Program-made: the position numbers and the translations under genes | From: an uncultured Acidobacteriota bacterium | GTDB taxonomy: Bacteria; Acidobacteriota; UBA6911 | DNA length: 64,000 bases | NCBI GenBank assembly: GCA_964534795.1 | Contig: CAZHQK010000128.1 | Span: forward strand, 70,091-134,090 | Direction of reading: 5' to 3' | Notes under the pieces: generated by a model | What the model was told of the DNA's origin: nothing | The model's input: the letters and a program-made list of their open reading frames with translations, nothing else | Databases searched by the model: none | In this document: piece after piece, positions 8,929 through 19,952 of the stretch | Layout: the number at the start of each line of letters is the position of its first letter | Position numbering within the stretch: the first letter of the stretch is position 1

Positions 8929-10110
8929 TCACACCTTCAGAAAGATCCTGCGCCGGTAAAGAAAATACGCGATGGCCCAGAAGAGAAGGACGTAGGTGAG
9001 GGCATACATCAGCGAAGCGTTCTTGGGAGAAGCGAGCGGCGCATAAAGGCTCCTGAAGATCCAAGCGCTCAGCGAGATCTGCCCGCCCCCGGCCGCCGCG
9101 ACCCGGATCAGCCCCAGCGATTTCGCCACAAGGCCCGCCAGGACGAACATGGCGATCGCATTCATGCCGTACACGACGAAAGGCTGCGCCCAGGCGCGCC
9201 GGCCCTGGACGTCCACGATCCAGTAGCAGAAGGCGAAGACCGTGGCCGCCAAACCGGCCATGAAGACCGCGTAGGAGCTGGTCCAGAGATTCTTGTTGAT
9301 CGGAAGCCACCAGTTCATCACCGAACCGCACAGCATGAGCGAGCTGCCGAAGACGAAAAGCCAGGCGGTCTTTTCCGCATCCGCCAGGCGCAGGCGCAGT
9401 ATGCGCCCCGCCAGGACGCCGAACAGGGTGGTGGCGATCGCGGGCAGGGTGCTGACGATTCCCTCGGGGTCCCAGACCTTGGTGGCCGACCACATGTGCC
9501 CGCGCAGCACCATGCTGTCGACATACTGCGCGAAATTGCCCACCTTATCCAGCACCCCCGCCCCGTAGCCGGGCACGGGCACGAGCTTCATCAGGACCCA
9601 GTAGACCGAAAGCAGGCCGCCGGTCCAGAGGATCATGCCCCGGAGTCCCGACATCAGGAAAATGAGCGCCGCAGCCAGGTAGCAGACCGCAATGCGCTGC
9701 AGAACCCCGGGTATTCGGATCGTCGCCAGGTTGTAATAGGGAAAGCCCGCCAGCAGCAGGCCGAGCCCGAAGATGATCGCCGAGCGGCGCAGTGCATGGA
9801 GCATCAGGGCCGACCTGCTCTCGCCGCGCTCGACGCGCCTGGCGAAGGACAGGGTCATCGCCACGCCGACGATCCATAGAAAGAACGGGAAGATGACGTC
9901 GGTGAAGGTCCAGCCGTGCCAGGGCGCGTGCAGCAGGGGCGCATACACCGCACCCCAATCGCCGGGATTGTTGACGAGCAGCATGGCGGCGATCGTGGCG
10001 CCGCGGAAGACGTCGAGCGACATCAGCCGCCCGCTCGCCGCATCGGGCCGCGCGACGTTGCCCGCATTCCCGGTACGCGCGCCTCCTACCCCCTCCGCCG
10101 CGGCGCTCAT
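8929..10110 (-). CDS. DUF1624/DUF5009 family membrane acyltransferase-like protein (heparan-alpha-glucosaminide N-acetyltransferase-like)
   Basis: About 11 TM helices. MSLDVFRGATIAAMLLVN... N-terminus typical of HGSNAT/DUF1624. The true start may be the internal Met at 10023. Confidence 0.65.
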   Translation of the reverse strand: MSAAAEGVGGARTGNAGNVARPDAASGRLMSLDVFRGATIAAMLLVNNPGDWGAVYAPLLHAPWHGWTFTDVIFPFFLWIVGVAMTLSFARRVERGESRSALMLHALRRSAIIFGLGLLLAGFPYYNLATIRIPGVLQRIAVCYLAAALIFLMSGLRGMILWTGGLLSVYWVLMKLVPVPGYGAGVLDKVGNFAQYVDSMVLRGHMWSATKVWDPEGIVSTLPAIATTLFGVLAGRILRLRLADAEKTAWLFVFGSSLMLCGSVMNWWLPINKNLWTSSYAVFMAGLAATVFAFCYWIVDVQGRRAWAQPFVVYGMNAIAMFVLAGLVAKSLGLIRVAAAGGGQISLSAWIFRSLYAPLASPKNASLMYALTYVLLFWAIAYFLYRRRIFLKV

Positions 10111-10127
10111 GGCATCACGCCGGCTCG

Positions 10128-12836
<2,709 letters not shown>

Positions 12837-13033
12837 AGTCGTATCTTCGTTTCAGCGGTTGATGGCGAAAAAGACCGTTACCAGCAAGTACGGCGCCAGT
12901 TTAAAATCCTGCGCGCGAAAGGTCAAGGAACGCCATGCGGCGAAGGAACTGCCGGCGATCTTCCGGCAGGCCACCGGCGTGGATACCGGTGCCATCCCGG
13001 AGCGCTGGCTGCCGCCGCCGGCGAGGTGATCCC

Positions 13034-13537
13034 GTGACTGCGAAGGAGCTGATTCACGTCGTCCTGTACCGGCCCGAGATACACCCGAACGTGGGCAACA
13101 TCGCCCGCCTGTGCGCCGCCAACGATCTGCCGTTGCATCTCGTGGGCGCCCTGGGATTCCGCATCGACGAGAAATCCGTGCGGCGCGCGGGGCTCGACTA
13201 CTGGCCCCATGTCGATTTGCGGCGCGAACACGATCTGGAGGAACTGCGCCGGCGGCTTCCCGAATCGCGCTTCTACTACTTCAGCGCGCGCGCGGAACGT
13301 CCGTTCACCGACGTCGCCTACCGGCCGGGCGACTGCCTGGTTTTCGGCCCCGAATCCACCGGGCTGCCGGAGGCGTTGCTGCGCGCCGACCCTGACGCGG
13401 CGCTCCGCATCCCGATGCGCTCCGGCAAGGTGCGCAGCCTGAACCTTGCCACCGCCGTCGGCATCGCCGTCTACGAATGCCTGCGCCAGCTGCTCGGACC
13501 GGCATGGGCGGGCGCGGCCGGCCGCGGTCTCACTTGA
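13034..13537 (+). CDS. trmL: tRNA (cytidine/uridine-2'-O)-methyltransferase (SpoU/TrmL family)
   Basis: VTAKELIHVVLYRPEIHPNVGNIARLCAA...LVFGPESTGLP...LNLATAVGIAVYE: SPOUT knot motifs. GTG start at 13034 with upstream GAGGTGA. Confidence 0.8.
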   Translation: MTAKELIHVVLYRPEIHPNVGNIARLCAANDLPLHLVGALGFRIDEKSVRRAGLDYWPHVDLRREHDLEELRRRLPESRFYYFSARAERPFTDVAYRPGDCLVFGPESTGLPEALLRADPDAALRIPMRSGKVRSLNLATAVGIAVYECLRQLLGPAWAGAAGRGLT

Positions 13538-14111
13538 AGTAGTCGGGCTCGTTGCCCCGCTTCCACTTGATGTTGCATCCCAGGCTGGGCTTCTGCTCCT
13601 GCGGCACGGGCCGGCCTTCGAGAACAGCGTCCAGAGCCGCACGCAGGTCACGGCCGTCGACCGGACGGCCGTTTCCCGGCCGGCTGTCGTCGAGCTGGCC
13701 CCGGTAGACCAGCCGGCGTTCCTGGTCGTAAAGGAAGAAGTCGGGAGTGCACGCGGCCGCATAGGCCTTGGCGGTCTCCTGCGTTTCGTCGTAGCAGAAT
13801 GGAAAACAGAAGCCGGTCTCGACCGCCATTTCCCTGAGCTTTTCCGGCGCGTCCTCCGGGTAGCCGGCGACGTCGTTGGCGCTGACGGCCACGATGCCGA
13901 CGCCGCGGCCGGCGTAATCGCGGCCGATGCGCGCCAGTTCCTCCTTGACGTGCTGCACGTAGGGGCAGTGGCGCGAAAGGAACATGACGAGCAAAGCCTT
14001 CCTGCCCGCAAAGGAATCCAGGGAAATCGTCTCCCCCGATACGGTATCGGGCAGGCGGAAGTCGGGCGCCCGCGAACCGAGCGGGGCCATGGTCGACGGG
14101 GTCGCTGCCAT
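13530..14111 (-). CDS. thioredoxin-fold thiol-disulfide oxidoreductase (AhpC/TSA-like)
   Basis: ...LGSRAPDFRLPD...KALLVMFLSRHCPYV...: peroxiredoxin/redoxin pattern with a single Cys. GAGGAG RBS supports the start at 14111. The 3' end overlaps the convergent trmL by 8 nt. Confidence 0.7.
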   Translation of the reverse strand: MAATPSTMAPLGSRAPDFRLPDTVSGETISLDSFAGRKALLVMFLSRHCPYVQHVKEELARIGRDYAGRGVGIVAVSANDVAGYPEDAPEKLREMAVETGFCFPFCYDETQETAKAYAAACTPDFFLYDQERRLVYRGQLDDSRPGNGRPVDGRDLRAALDAVLEGRPVPQEQKPSLGCNIKWKRGNEPDYFK

Positions 14112-14234
14112 CGTCTCACTCCTCGGCGAATATGGTTGCATCCGGCGTGCCGCCGCGGCATCCTTGCCGCCGGCGCGCCCCGATCATTGTACCACCGGCC
14201 GCGCCGGGCATCACTCCGGCGCACTCGATGTATG

Positions 14235-14263
14235 TTGACTAGTGTGACTAGTCATGCTATCGT
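14235..14263 (+). promoter_or_regulatory. putative sigma70-like promoter with tandem TGACTAGT operator repeats upstream of the antitoxin gene
   Basis: TTGACT (14235-40), 17-nt spacer, then TATCGT (14258-63). The spacer holds two direct copies of TGACTAGT (each containing the ACTAGT palindrome) overlapping the -35. This is the typical position for an antitoxin autoregulatory operator. Confidence 0.45.
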
Positions 14264-14269
14264 CGTTCC

Positions 14270-14539
14270 GTGGAATATTCGATTTACCAGGCCAAGGCAC
14301 GGCTCAGCGAGCTCATCCGCATGGTCAAGGCGCGCCGCCGCGTCGTCATCACCGAACGCGGCGTGCCCGTCGCCGAGGTCGTTCCCTATGCATCGGGCCG
14401 CAGCGAAAAAATTGCCGATAGGATCCGGCGGCTGACGGGCACAGGCGCGGTCATTCCGCGCCGTGAGCCTTTTTCGGCGGAACCGCTGCTTTCTATGCCG
14501 GGCGCGGTCGGTCGTTTCCTCGAGCACGACCGGGAGTAG
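14270..14539 (+). CDS. type II antitoxin, Phd/YefM family
   Basis: 89 aa, GTG start. N-terminus (M)EYSIYQAKARLSELIRMV...RVVITERGVPVAEVVPY is the canonical Phd/YefM fold signature. Lies 7 nt upstream of the PIN gene. Confidence 0.7.
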   Translation: MEYSIYQAKARLSELIRMVKARRRVVITERGVPVAEVVPYASGRSEKIADRIRRLTGTGAVIPRREPFSAEPLLSMPGAVGRFLEHDRE

Positions 14540-14545
14540 CACCGC

Positions 14546-14938
14546 GTGAAACCCGCCTACATCGACACCTCCCTTCTCATCGGGCTCAAGTTCCAGAAAC
14601 CGGCGCTGACGGCCGCCCGCACGGTCTCGCGTTACGAATTGTTCTCCAGCGAGCTGCTGATCGCCGAGCTGCTCGCTTTCGGCAAGCGTGAGTCCATTGC
14701 CGAGGATCTCCTGTGGGAGGCGTGCCGCGGCTTGTCCTGGATCGTTCCCGCAAGCTCCATCGCGAGCGAGATTGACCGGGTATCCCATGCCGGCTATGCC
14801 CGGGGAGCCGACCTGTGGCATCTGGCTTGCGCCTGCTATCTGAGCCCGGATCCCGGCGACCTGGCCTTTCTGACGCTCGACGAGCGCCAGCGCATGCTGG
14901 CAGCCCGGTTGGGCTTCCAGGCACCGCACCTCGCATGA
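14546..14938 (+). CDS. vapC: PIN-domain ribonuclease toxin (VapC family)
   Basis: 130 aa, GTG start. (M)KPAYIDTSLLIGL...ELLIAELLAFG...LDERQR: the acidic PIN residues (D6, E, D) are in the expected positions. Confidence 0.7.
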   Translation: MKPAYIDTSLLIGLKFQKPALTAARTVSRYELFSSELLIAELLAFGKRESIAEDLLWEACRGLSWIVPASSIASEIDRVSHAGYARGADLWHLACACYLSPDPGDLAFLTLDERQRMLAARLGFQAPHLA

Positions 14939-14995
14939 TCGTGAAAGGACGCCGCGGCCGGCGTTGCAGCCCGATGGCGGCGTCGCGCCTGCTCG

Positions 14996-16125
14996 CTACT
15001 GCCGCACGAAGCGCACGTTGCGGATGCGGCCGGCCTGAACCGCAAAGCCGTCGACCGCGCCTGCGGGGCCGCGCGTGAACTCCAGGAACATCCCCGGCAG
15101 CGCGAAACCATCCCGATACGTGGGCTGCAAAGGATCCTTGGGAAGGTTCCGGCCCCTGACATGGAGCTTGCCGTCCTCGACGGCCAGTACGCACTTCGCG
15201 TCCAGTTCGGGGCTGTAATAGACCCCGGCATAGGCGCGCAGCTCGGCTGCGTCCGGAGAGGCGGCCGGCACCATCTCGAATATCTCCGGCGCGGCGCCCG
15301 CGCGCAGCACGGACAGCCGGCCGGTCCCCTCGAATGCCAGCTCCACAGGCTGCGACGCGAGACGGAAGCGCGTCGGCGAAAGCGGGATCAATTCCTGCGC
15401 CGGCCCGAAGGCATCGAGGGAAAGTTTTCCGGCGGCAAGCGTGATGCGGCGCAGCTCGCCGCTTTTCGGGTTGCGATACAGCCCCGCACGACGGGCAAGC
15501 TCCGTTTCGGCGATCTTTACCGCCGCCTCCGTCCCGCGTGCCTCCGCCTTTTCCGGGGCTGCCATCCGATCGCCAAGGTAAACCTCCGCCACCTGGCGCG
15601 CGAGGCGGCCCGGATTGGCGGCGGCCAGATTGCACAGGCACGCCACCGAAAGGCTCTGCTCGGGAAAGCGCAACAATTCGGCGCGATATCCGGCCCACGA
15701 CCCGCCGTGGATGACGGTCTTCAAGCCCCGGTGCTCGCCCAGGGTCAACCCGAACGCGTAGTTGAGCTTCTCGCCGCTGTTCAGCATCCCCGGCGCGAGC
15801 AGTTGCCGGATCAAAGCCGTGCCGCCGACCCTGGGCTCGTAGAAATTGCGGTCCCACTGGAGCAGGTCCTCCACCGTGGTCATCACGGCCCCGTCGCCGG
15901 TCTGCTCGAAGCCGGACATCATCCCGGCGAGTCCGCACGGGCGTATTCGGAGAAGATCGCGTCCACCTTGGCGTTCAAGGCTTCCTGGCCGTGCACCGCC
16001 GGCGATTGCGCCAGAAGCAGCGCCACGCAGGCGGGAACGATGCGACTGTGCGAGCTCATCAGTGACCTGCCGGTACCGACATGCATCCGATCGGACTGTT
16101 TGACGTCCCGCATATAATCGACCAA
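14996..16125 (-). pseudogene. beta-lactamase-family serine hydrolase, disrupted by internal deletion plus frameshift
   Basis: N-terminal fragment (16125..15919): signal peptide plus ...DAIFSEYARADSPG, then a stop. The continuation in the -1 frame starts directly at GMMSGFEQTGDGAVMTTVEDLLQWDRNFY...VIHGGSWAGY (H-x-G box) and runs to the C-terminal extension. The SxxK and YxN catalytic segments (about 130-150 aa) are missing between the two parts. Confidence 0.55.
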
Positions 16126-16169
16126 GATGATCGCCGGTCAAACAGGTTTGTGAGGGTGCGGCAGGGCGC

Positions 16170-17792
16170 ATGTTGATCCGGGGGGTCTTGTTCGATTTCG
16201 ATGGAACTCTTACCGAGCCCGGCGCGCTCGACTTTCCGGCTCTGAGGCAGGCCCTCGGTTGCCCCGAGGGCCGGCCCGTGCTCGAATTCATCGAAGCCCT
16301 GCCCGCCGGGGAGCAGCGGAGCGCGGCGCGCGCGATTCTCGACGAGTTCGAACGCAGGTCGGCCGAAAACTCGCGCCCCAATCGCGGCGCCGAGGAGCTG
16401 CTCGACTATCTGCGCCGCAGGAACGTCAAGGTCGGGATCCTCAGCCGCAACAGCCTGCGCTCGATCCTGCGCGCATTGGAAAACTTCCGCGGCACGCAGC
16501 CCGGGGACTTCACCGTCATCCTCTCCCGCGACGACCCGTTCGTCCCGAAGCCGAGCCCGGAAGGCATCCGCGCCGCGGCCGCCAGGATGGGCATCGCTCC
16601 GGCGAACCTGCTGGTCGTCGGGGATTTCCTCTTCGACATTCAGGCGGGCCGCAGCGCCGGCGCGCCCACGGTCTATCTCACCAACGGGGATCCCGATCCC
16701 CGCACGGCCATGCTGGCCGATTTCACCGTCGCACGCCTCGAGGAAGTGCGCGACCTGCTTCGGCTATATACGCCTCTGCCGACGGGAAAGCTGCCCAACG
16801 ATCTGCTGGCGGACTTCATCGAAGAGCTGGGCTGGAATCGGGCGGATCTCCTGGTTCCGCCCGGCATGGGCGAGGATGCAGCCGCCGTCGCCCTCGGGGG
16901 CGAAGAAGTCCTGGTGCTCAAGTCCGACCCGATAACGTTCGCGACCGATGCCATCGGCTACTATGCGGTGGTCGTCGGCGCCAACGATATCGCGGTCTGC
17001 GGCGCCGTGCCCCGCTGGCTGCTGAGCGCGCTGCTCTTCCCTCCCGATACCTGCGCGGCCGACGTGCGCCGCACGATGCACGCGCTCGAGCAGGCGGCGC
17101 GCGCCCACGGCATGCGCATCTGCGGCGGGCACACCGAGATCACCGACGCCGTCCGCAGGCCGGTCGTCGTCGCGCAGGCCGCCGGCGCGGTGGCGCGCGC
17201 CGGCCTGATCGAGAAGAAGAACATGAGGACGGGCGACCGCATCCTGCTCACCAAAGGGATTGCCGTCGAAGGCACGAGCATCCTCGCCCGGGAATTCCCG
17301 GCGCTGCTCCGCGAACTCGGAGCCGGGGAGGAGCTGCTGGACCGCTGCCGGGCGATGCTGCACGATCCCGGGATCAGCGTGCTCAGGGAGGCGCGGATCG
17401 CCGCCGAGAGCGGCACTGCGACGGCGATGCACGACGTCACCGAGGGCGGCCTGGCGACGGCGCTCGAGGAGCTGAGCGCCGCGGGCGGGCGCCGCCTGCG
17501 GGTATTTCGCGACCGCATACCGGTCCTGCCGGAAACCAGACGCCTGTGCGAGCTGCTTGCAATCGATCCTCTCGGCTTGATCGGCTCGGGCAGCCTGCTG
17601 ATTGCGTGCGCGCGCGGGCGTTGCGACGAATTGCTCGCATCGCTGCGCGCCTCCGGGATCGATGCGTGCTGCATCGGCGAGGTGCTCGAGACGGGCCGCG
17701 GCATCGAGGCGCTCTCCGGCGAAGGCGGATCGCCGGCGCTCTGGCCTCACTTCGAAGCCGACGAACTCGCCCGCCTCTTCAGAAAGAAATAG
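16170..17792 (+). CDS. fusion protein: N-terminal HAD-superfamily phosphatase, C-terminal AIR-synthase-related (PurM-like) domain
   Basis: N-terminus has HAD motif I VLFDFDGTLT, ...ILSRNS... (motif II S/T) and ...VGDFLFDIQAGRSAG (motif IV). C-terminal roughly 330 aa show the PurM/HypE/ThiL-like pattern (GMGEDAAAV, ...GGHTEIT..., DVTEGGL). Confidence 0.7.
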   Translation: MLIRGVLFDFDGTLTEPGALDFPALRQALGCPEGRPVLEFIEALPAGEQRSAARAILDEFERRSAENSRPNRGAEELLDYLRRRNVKVGILSRNSLRSILRALENFRGTQPGDFTVILSRDDPFVPKPSPEGIRAAAARMGIAPANLLVVGDFLFDIQAGRSAGAPTVYLTNGDPDPRTAMLADFTVARLEEVRDLLRLYTPLPTGKLPNDLLADFIEELGWNRADLLVPPGMGEDAAAVALGGEEVLVLKSDPITFATDAIGYYAVVVGANDIAVCGAVPRWLLSALLFPPDTCAADVRRTMHALEQAARAHGMRICGGHTEITDAVRRPVVVAQAAGAVARAGLIEKKNMRTGDRILLTKGIAVEGTSILAREFPALLRELGAGEELLDRCRAMLHDPGISVLREARIAAESGTATAMHDVTEGGLATALEELSAAGGRRLRVFRDRIPVLPETRRLCELLAIDPLGLIGSGSLLIACARGRCDELLASLRASGIDACCIGEVLETGRGIEALSGEGGSPALWPHFEADELARLFRKK

Positions 17793-17913
17793 GGACGCTC
17801 ACCATTTTCCTTGAGATAGGGGAGCGTCCCAAAATAGGGACGCTCACCGTTTTCCCTGCGGGCTGGAGCTGACGGAGCACATCCTTGCTCGAAATAGGGG
17901 AGCGTCCCTGATT
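17786..17913. repeat. REP/BIME-like palindromic element: two inverted pairs of a roughly 25-bp unit (core GGGACGCTCACC)
   Basis: Four units in alternating orientation: GAAATAGGGACGCTCACCATTTTCC (17786-17810), GATAGGGGAGCGTCCCAAAAT (17815-17835), AAAATAGGGACGCTCACCGTTTTCC (17831-17855) and GAAATAGGGGAGCGTCCCTGATT (17891-17913). The first begins at the TAG stop of the upstream gene. Confidence 0.7.
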
Positions 17914-17976
17914 CCGCCGGCGACGGGGGTTGCTTTTCGCGAAAGGCCGAACGGATAATAGCGGCCGGAGGAGATT

Positions 17977-19854
17977 TTGACGGCGCCGGAGCAACGGAAA
18001 AAGATCACGGCCGCGAGCTTGTCGCGCGTCTTCCGCGAGCTGATATGGCCGCGCCGCTGGCTGCTCGCCCTCGGGCTGGTGCTCATCCTCGTCAACCGCG
18101 CCGCCGGTCTCGTGCTCCCGGGCGCCAGCAAGTTCCTGATCGACGATGTCGTGCAGAAGCGCAACACCGCGCTGCTCGGGCCGATCGCTTTCGTCGCCGC
18201 CCTCGCCGTCCTGGTGCAGGCCGGAACGTCGTTTTCCCTGACCCATCTCCTCAGCAAGACCGCCCAGCGCCTGATCGCCGACATGCGCATCCGGGTGCAG
18301 CAGCACGTCGGGCGCCTGCCCGTCGGCTACTACGACGCCAACAAGACGGGCGCGCTGGTTTCGCGCATCATGTCGGACGTCGAGGGCGTGCGCAATCTCG
18401 TGGGCACCGGCCTGGTCGAACTCCTCGGCGGAATCGTGACCGCCGTGGTCGCCTTCGGCCTGCTGCTCACGATCAACGCCGTCCTGACGCTCTCCATCCT
18501 GGCCTTCCTCGGGATTTTCGGCATCCTGGTGACCCGGGCCTTCATCTCGATCCGGCCGATCTTCCGCGAGCGCGGCAAGATTCATGCCGAGGTTTCCGGC
18601 CGCCTGGCCGAATCGCTGGGCGGCGTGCGCGTGGTCAAGGGGTTCCATGCCGAAGCGCGCGAGGCGGCCGTTTTCGCCGCCGGCGCCCTGCGCCTGTTCG
18701 AGAACATCCGCAAAACCCTCACCGCCACCTCCGCCATCAGCATGGCGGGCACGCTCCTGATGGGAACGGTCACGGTCGTGGTCATGGTGGTGGGCGGACG
18801 CATGATCATCCGGGGCGACATGACCCTGGGCGAATTCATCGCCTTCTCCCTTTACCTCGGCCTGCTCGTCGCCCCCATCTTCCAGATCGTCAACATCGGC
18901 AGCCAGCTCACCGAGGCCTTCGCCGGCCTGGACCGCACGCACGAGGTGCTGGCCGAGAAGCCGGAGGATGTCGATCCCGAGCGCACCATCCGCCTCGAGG
19001 ACGTGCGCGGCGAGGTGCGCTTCGAGAACGTGGAATTCGCCTACGAGCCGGGCAAGCCGGTGCTGCGCGGCATCGACCTCGTGGCCGCCCCGGGTTCCAT
19101 CACGGCGCTGGTGGGCCCGTCGGGCGCGGGCAAGAGCACGCTGGTCGGTCTGGTGGCCGCCTTCGCCAAGCCCACTTCGGGCACCATCCGAATCGACGGC
19201 ACGGATCTGTCGCGCGTCCGGCTCGATTCCTACCGGTCCCGGCTGGGGGTCGTGCTCCAGGACGGCTTCCTCTTCGACGGCACCATACGCGAGAACATCC
19301 TGTTCGGCAAACCCGATGCCTCCCCGGAGGAAGTGGAGCGCGCCGCCCGCATCGCGCGCGTGGACGAGTTCGCCGCCGCCCTGGAGAAGGGACTGGATAC
19401 CGTCATCGGCGAGCGCGGCGTCAAGCTGTCCGGCGGCCAGCGCCAGCGCGTCGCCATCGCGCGGGCCATCCTTGCGGACCCCAGGATCCTGATCCTCGAC
19501 GAGGCCACATCGAGTCTCGACAGCGAAAGCGAGGCCCTGATCCAGCAGGGACTGGCCGCGCTCATGCGCGGGCGCACCAGCTTCGTCATCGCCCATCGCC
19601 TGAGCACGATCCGCAACGCGGACCAGATCCTGGTCATGGAGGACGGCATGATCGTCGAACGCGGCCGCCACGAGGAGCTGCTGGCCCTGGGCGGCCGCTA
19701 TCGCGATCTGTACACGCGCCAGATGGGCCTGGTGCGCGACCGCATTCTCTTCCCCGGCGAGGAAGAACCGGCGGCCGAAGCCGAGGTCAAGATCACAACC
19801 GCGGAACCGGCCGAGCTGACCCCGCTGCAGATCTTCCGCGCGCCCGGGCAGTGA
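17977..19854 (+). CDS. ABC transporter, fused permease/ATP-binding protein (MsbA-like exporter)
   Basis: 625 aa. N-terminal 6-TM domain, then Walker A (GPSGAGKST), ABC signature (LSGGQRQRVAIAR) and Walker B (ILILDEATS). Confidence 0.85.
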   Translation: MTAPEQRKKITAASLSRVFRELIWPRRWLLALGLVLILVNRAAGLVLPGASKFLIDDVVQKRNTALLGPIAFVAALAVLVQAGTSFSLTHLLSKTAQRLIADMRIRVQQHVGRLPVGYYDANKTGALVSRIMSDVEGVRNLVGTGLVELLGGIVTAVVAFGLLLTINAVLTLSILAFLGIFGILVTRAFISIRPIFRERGKIHAEVSGRLAESLGGVRVVKGFHAEAREAAVFAAGALRLFENIRKTLTATSAISMAGTLLMGTVTVVVMVVGGRMIIRGDMTLGEFIAFSLYLGLLVAPIFQIVNIGSQLTEAFAGLDRTHEVLAEKPEDVDPERTIRLEDVRGEVRFENVEFAYEPGKPVLRGIDLVAAPGSITALVGPSGAGKSTLVGLVAAFAKPTSGTIRIDGTDLSRVRLDSYRSRLGVVLQDGFLFDGTIRENILFGKPDASPEEVERAARIARVDEFAAALEKGLDTVIGERGVKLSGGQRQRVAIARAILADPRILILDEATSSLDSESEALIQQGLAALMRGRTSFVIAHRLSTIRNADQILVMEDGMIVERGRHEELLALGGRYRDLYTRQMGLVRDRILFPGEEEPAAEAEVKITTAEPAELTPLQIFRAPGQ

Positions 19855-19952
19855 GCCGCCGTCATTCGGAAAAGCGCGCGGCTTTCCGCTTGCCCGCACG
19901 GCCGCGTCCGATCTATGTTGTAGCCATACGGACATTCCATGGGAGGATCCTT

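Noticed and set aside
12923-14224. 433-aa minus ORF and other long GC-rich ORFs (for example 14586..15938, 16259..17872, 24304..26637, 39540..42542, 55578..58271)
   Set aside because: Each overlaps genes with strong domain evidence on the other strand or in another frame. They show Arg/Ala/Gly/Pro-dominated composition, characteristic of high-GC frame artefacts.
17779-19935. 718-aa minus-strand ORF
   Set aside because: Antisense to the well-supported ABC exporter gene. The Gly/Arg/Ala/Asp-rich, low-complexity translation is typical of spurious open frames in high-GC DNA.
18045-19952. N-terminal 640 codons of the 1731-aa ORF ending at 23240
   Set aside because: This part is an alternative frame of the ABC transporter gene (Arg/Pro/Gly-rich). 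The tricorn protease clearly starts at ATG 19953 with a signal peptide and RBS.
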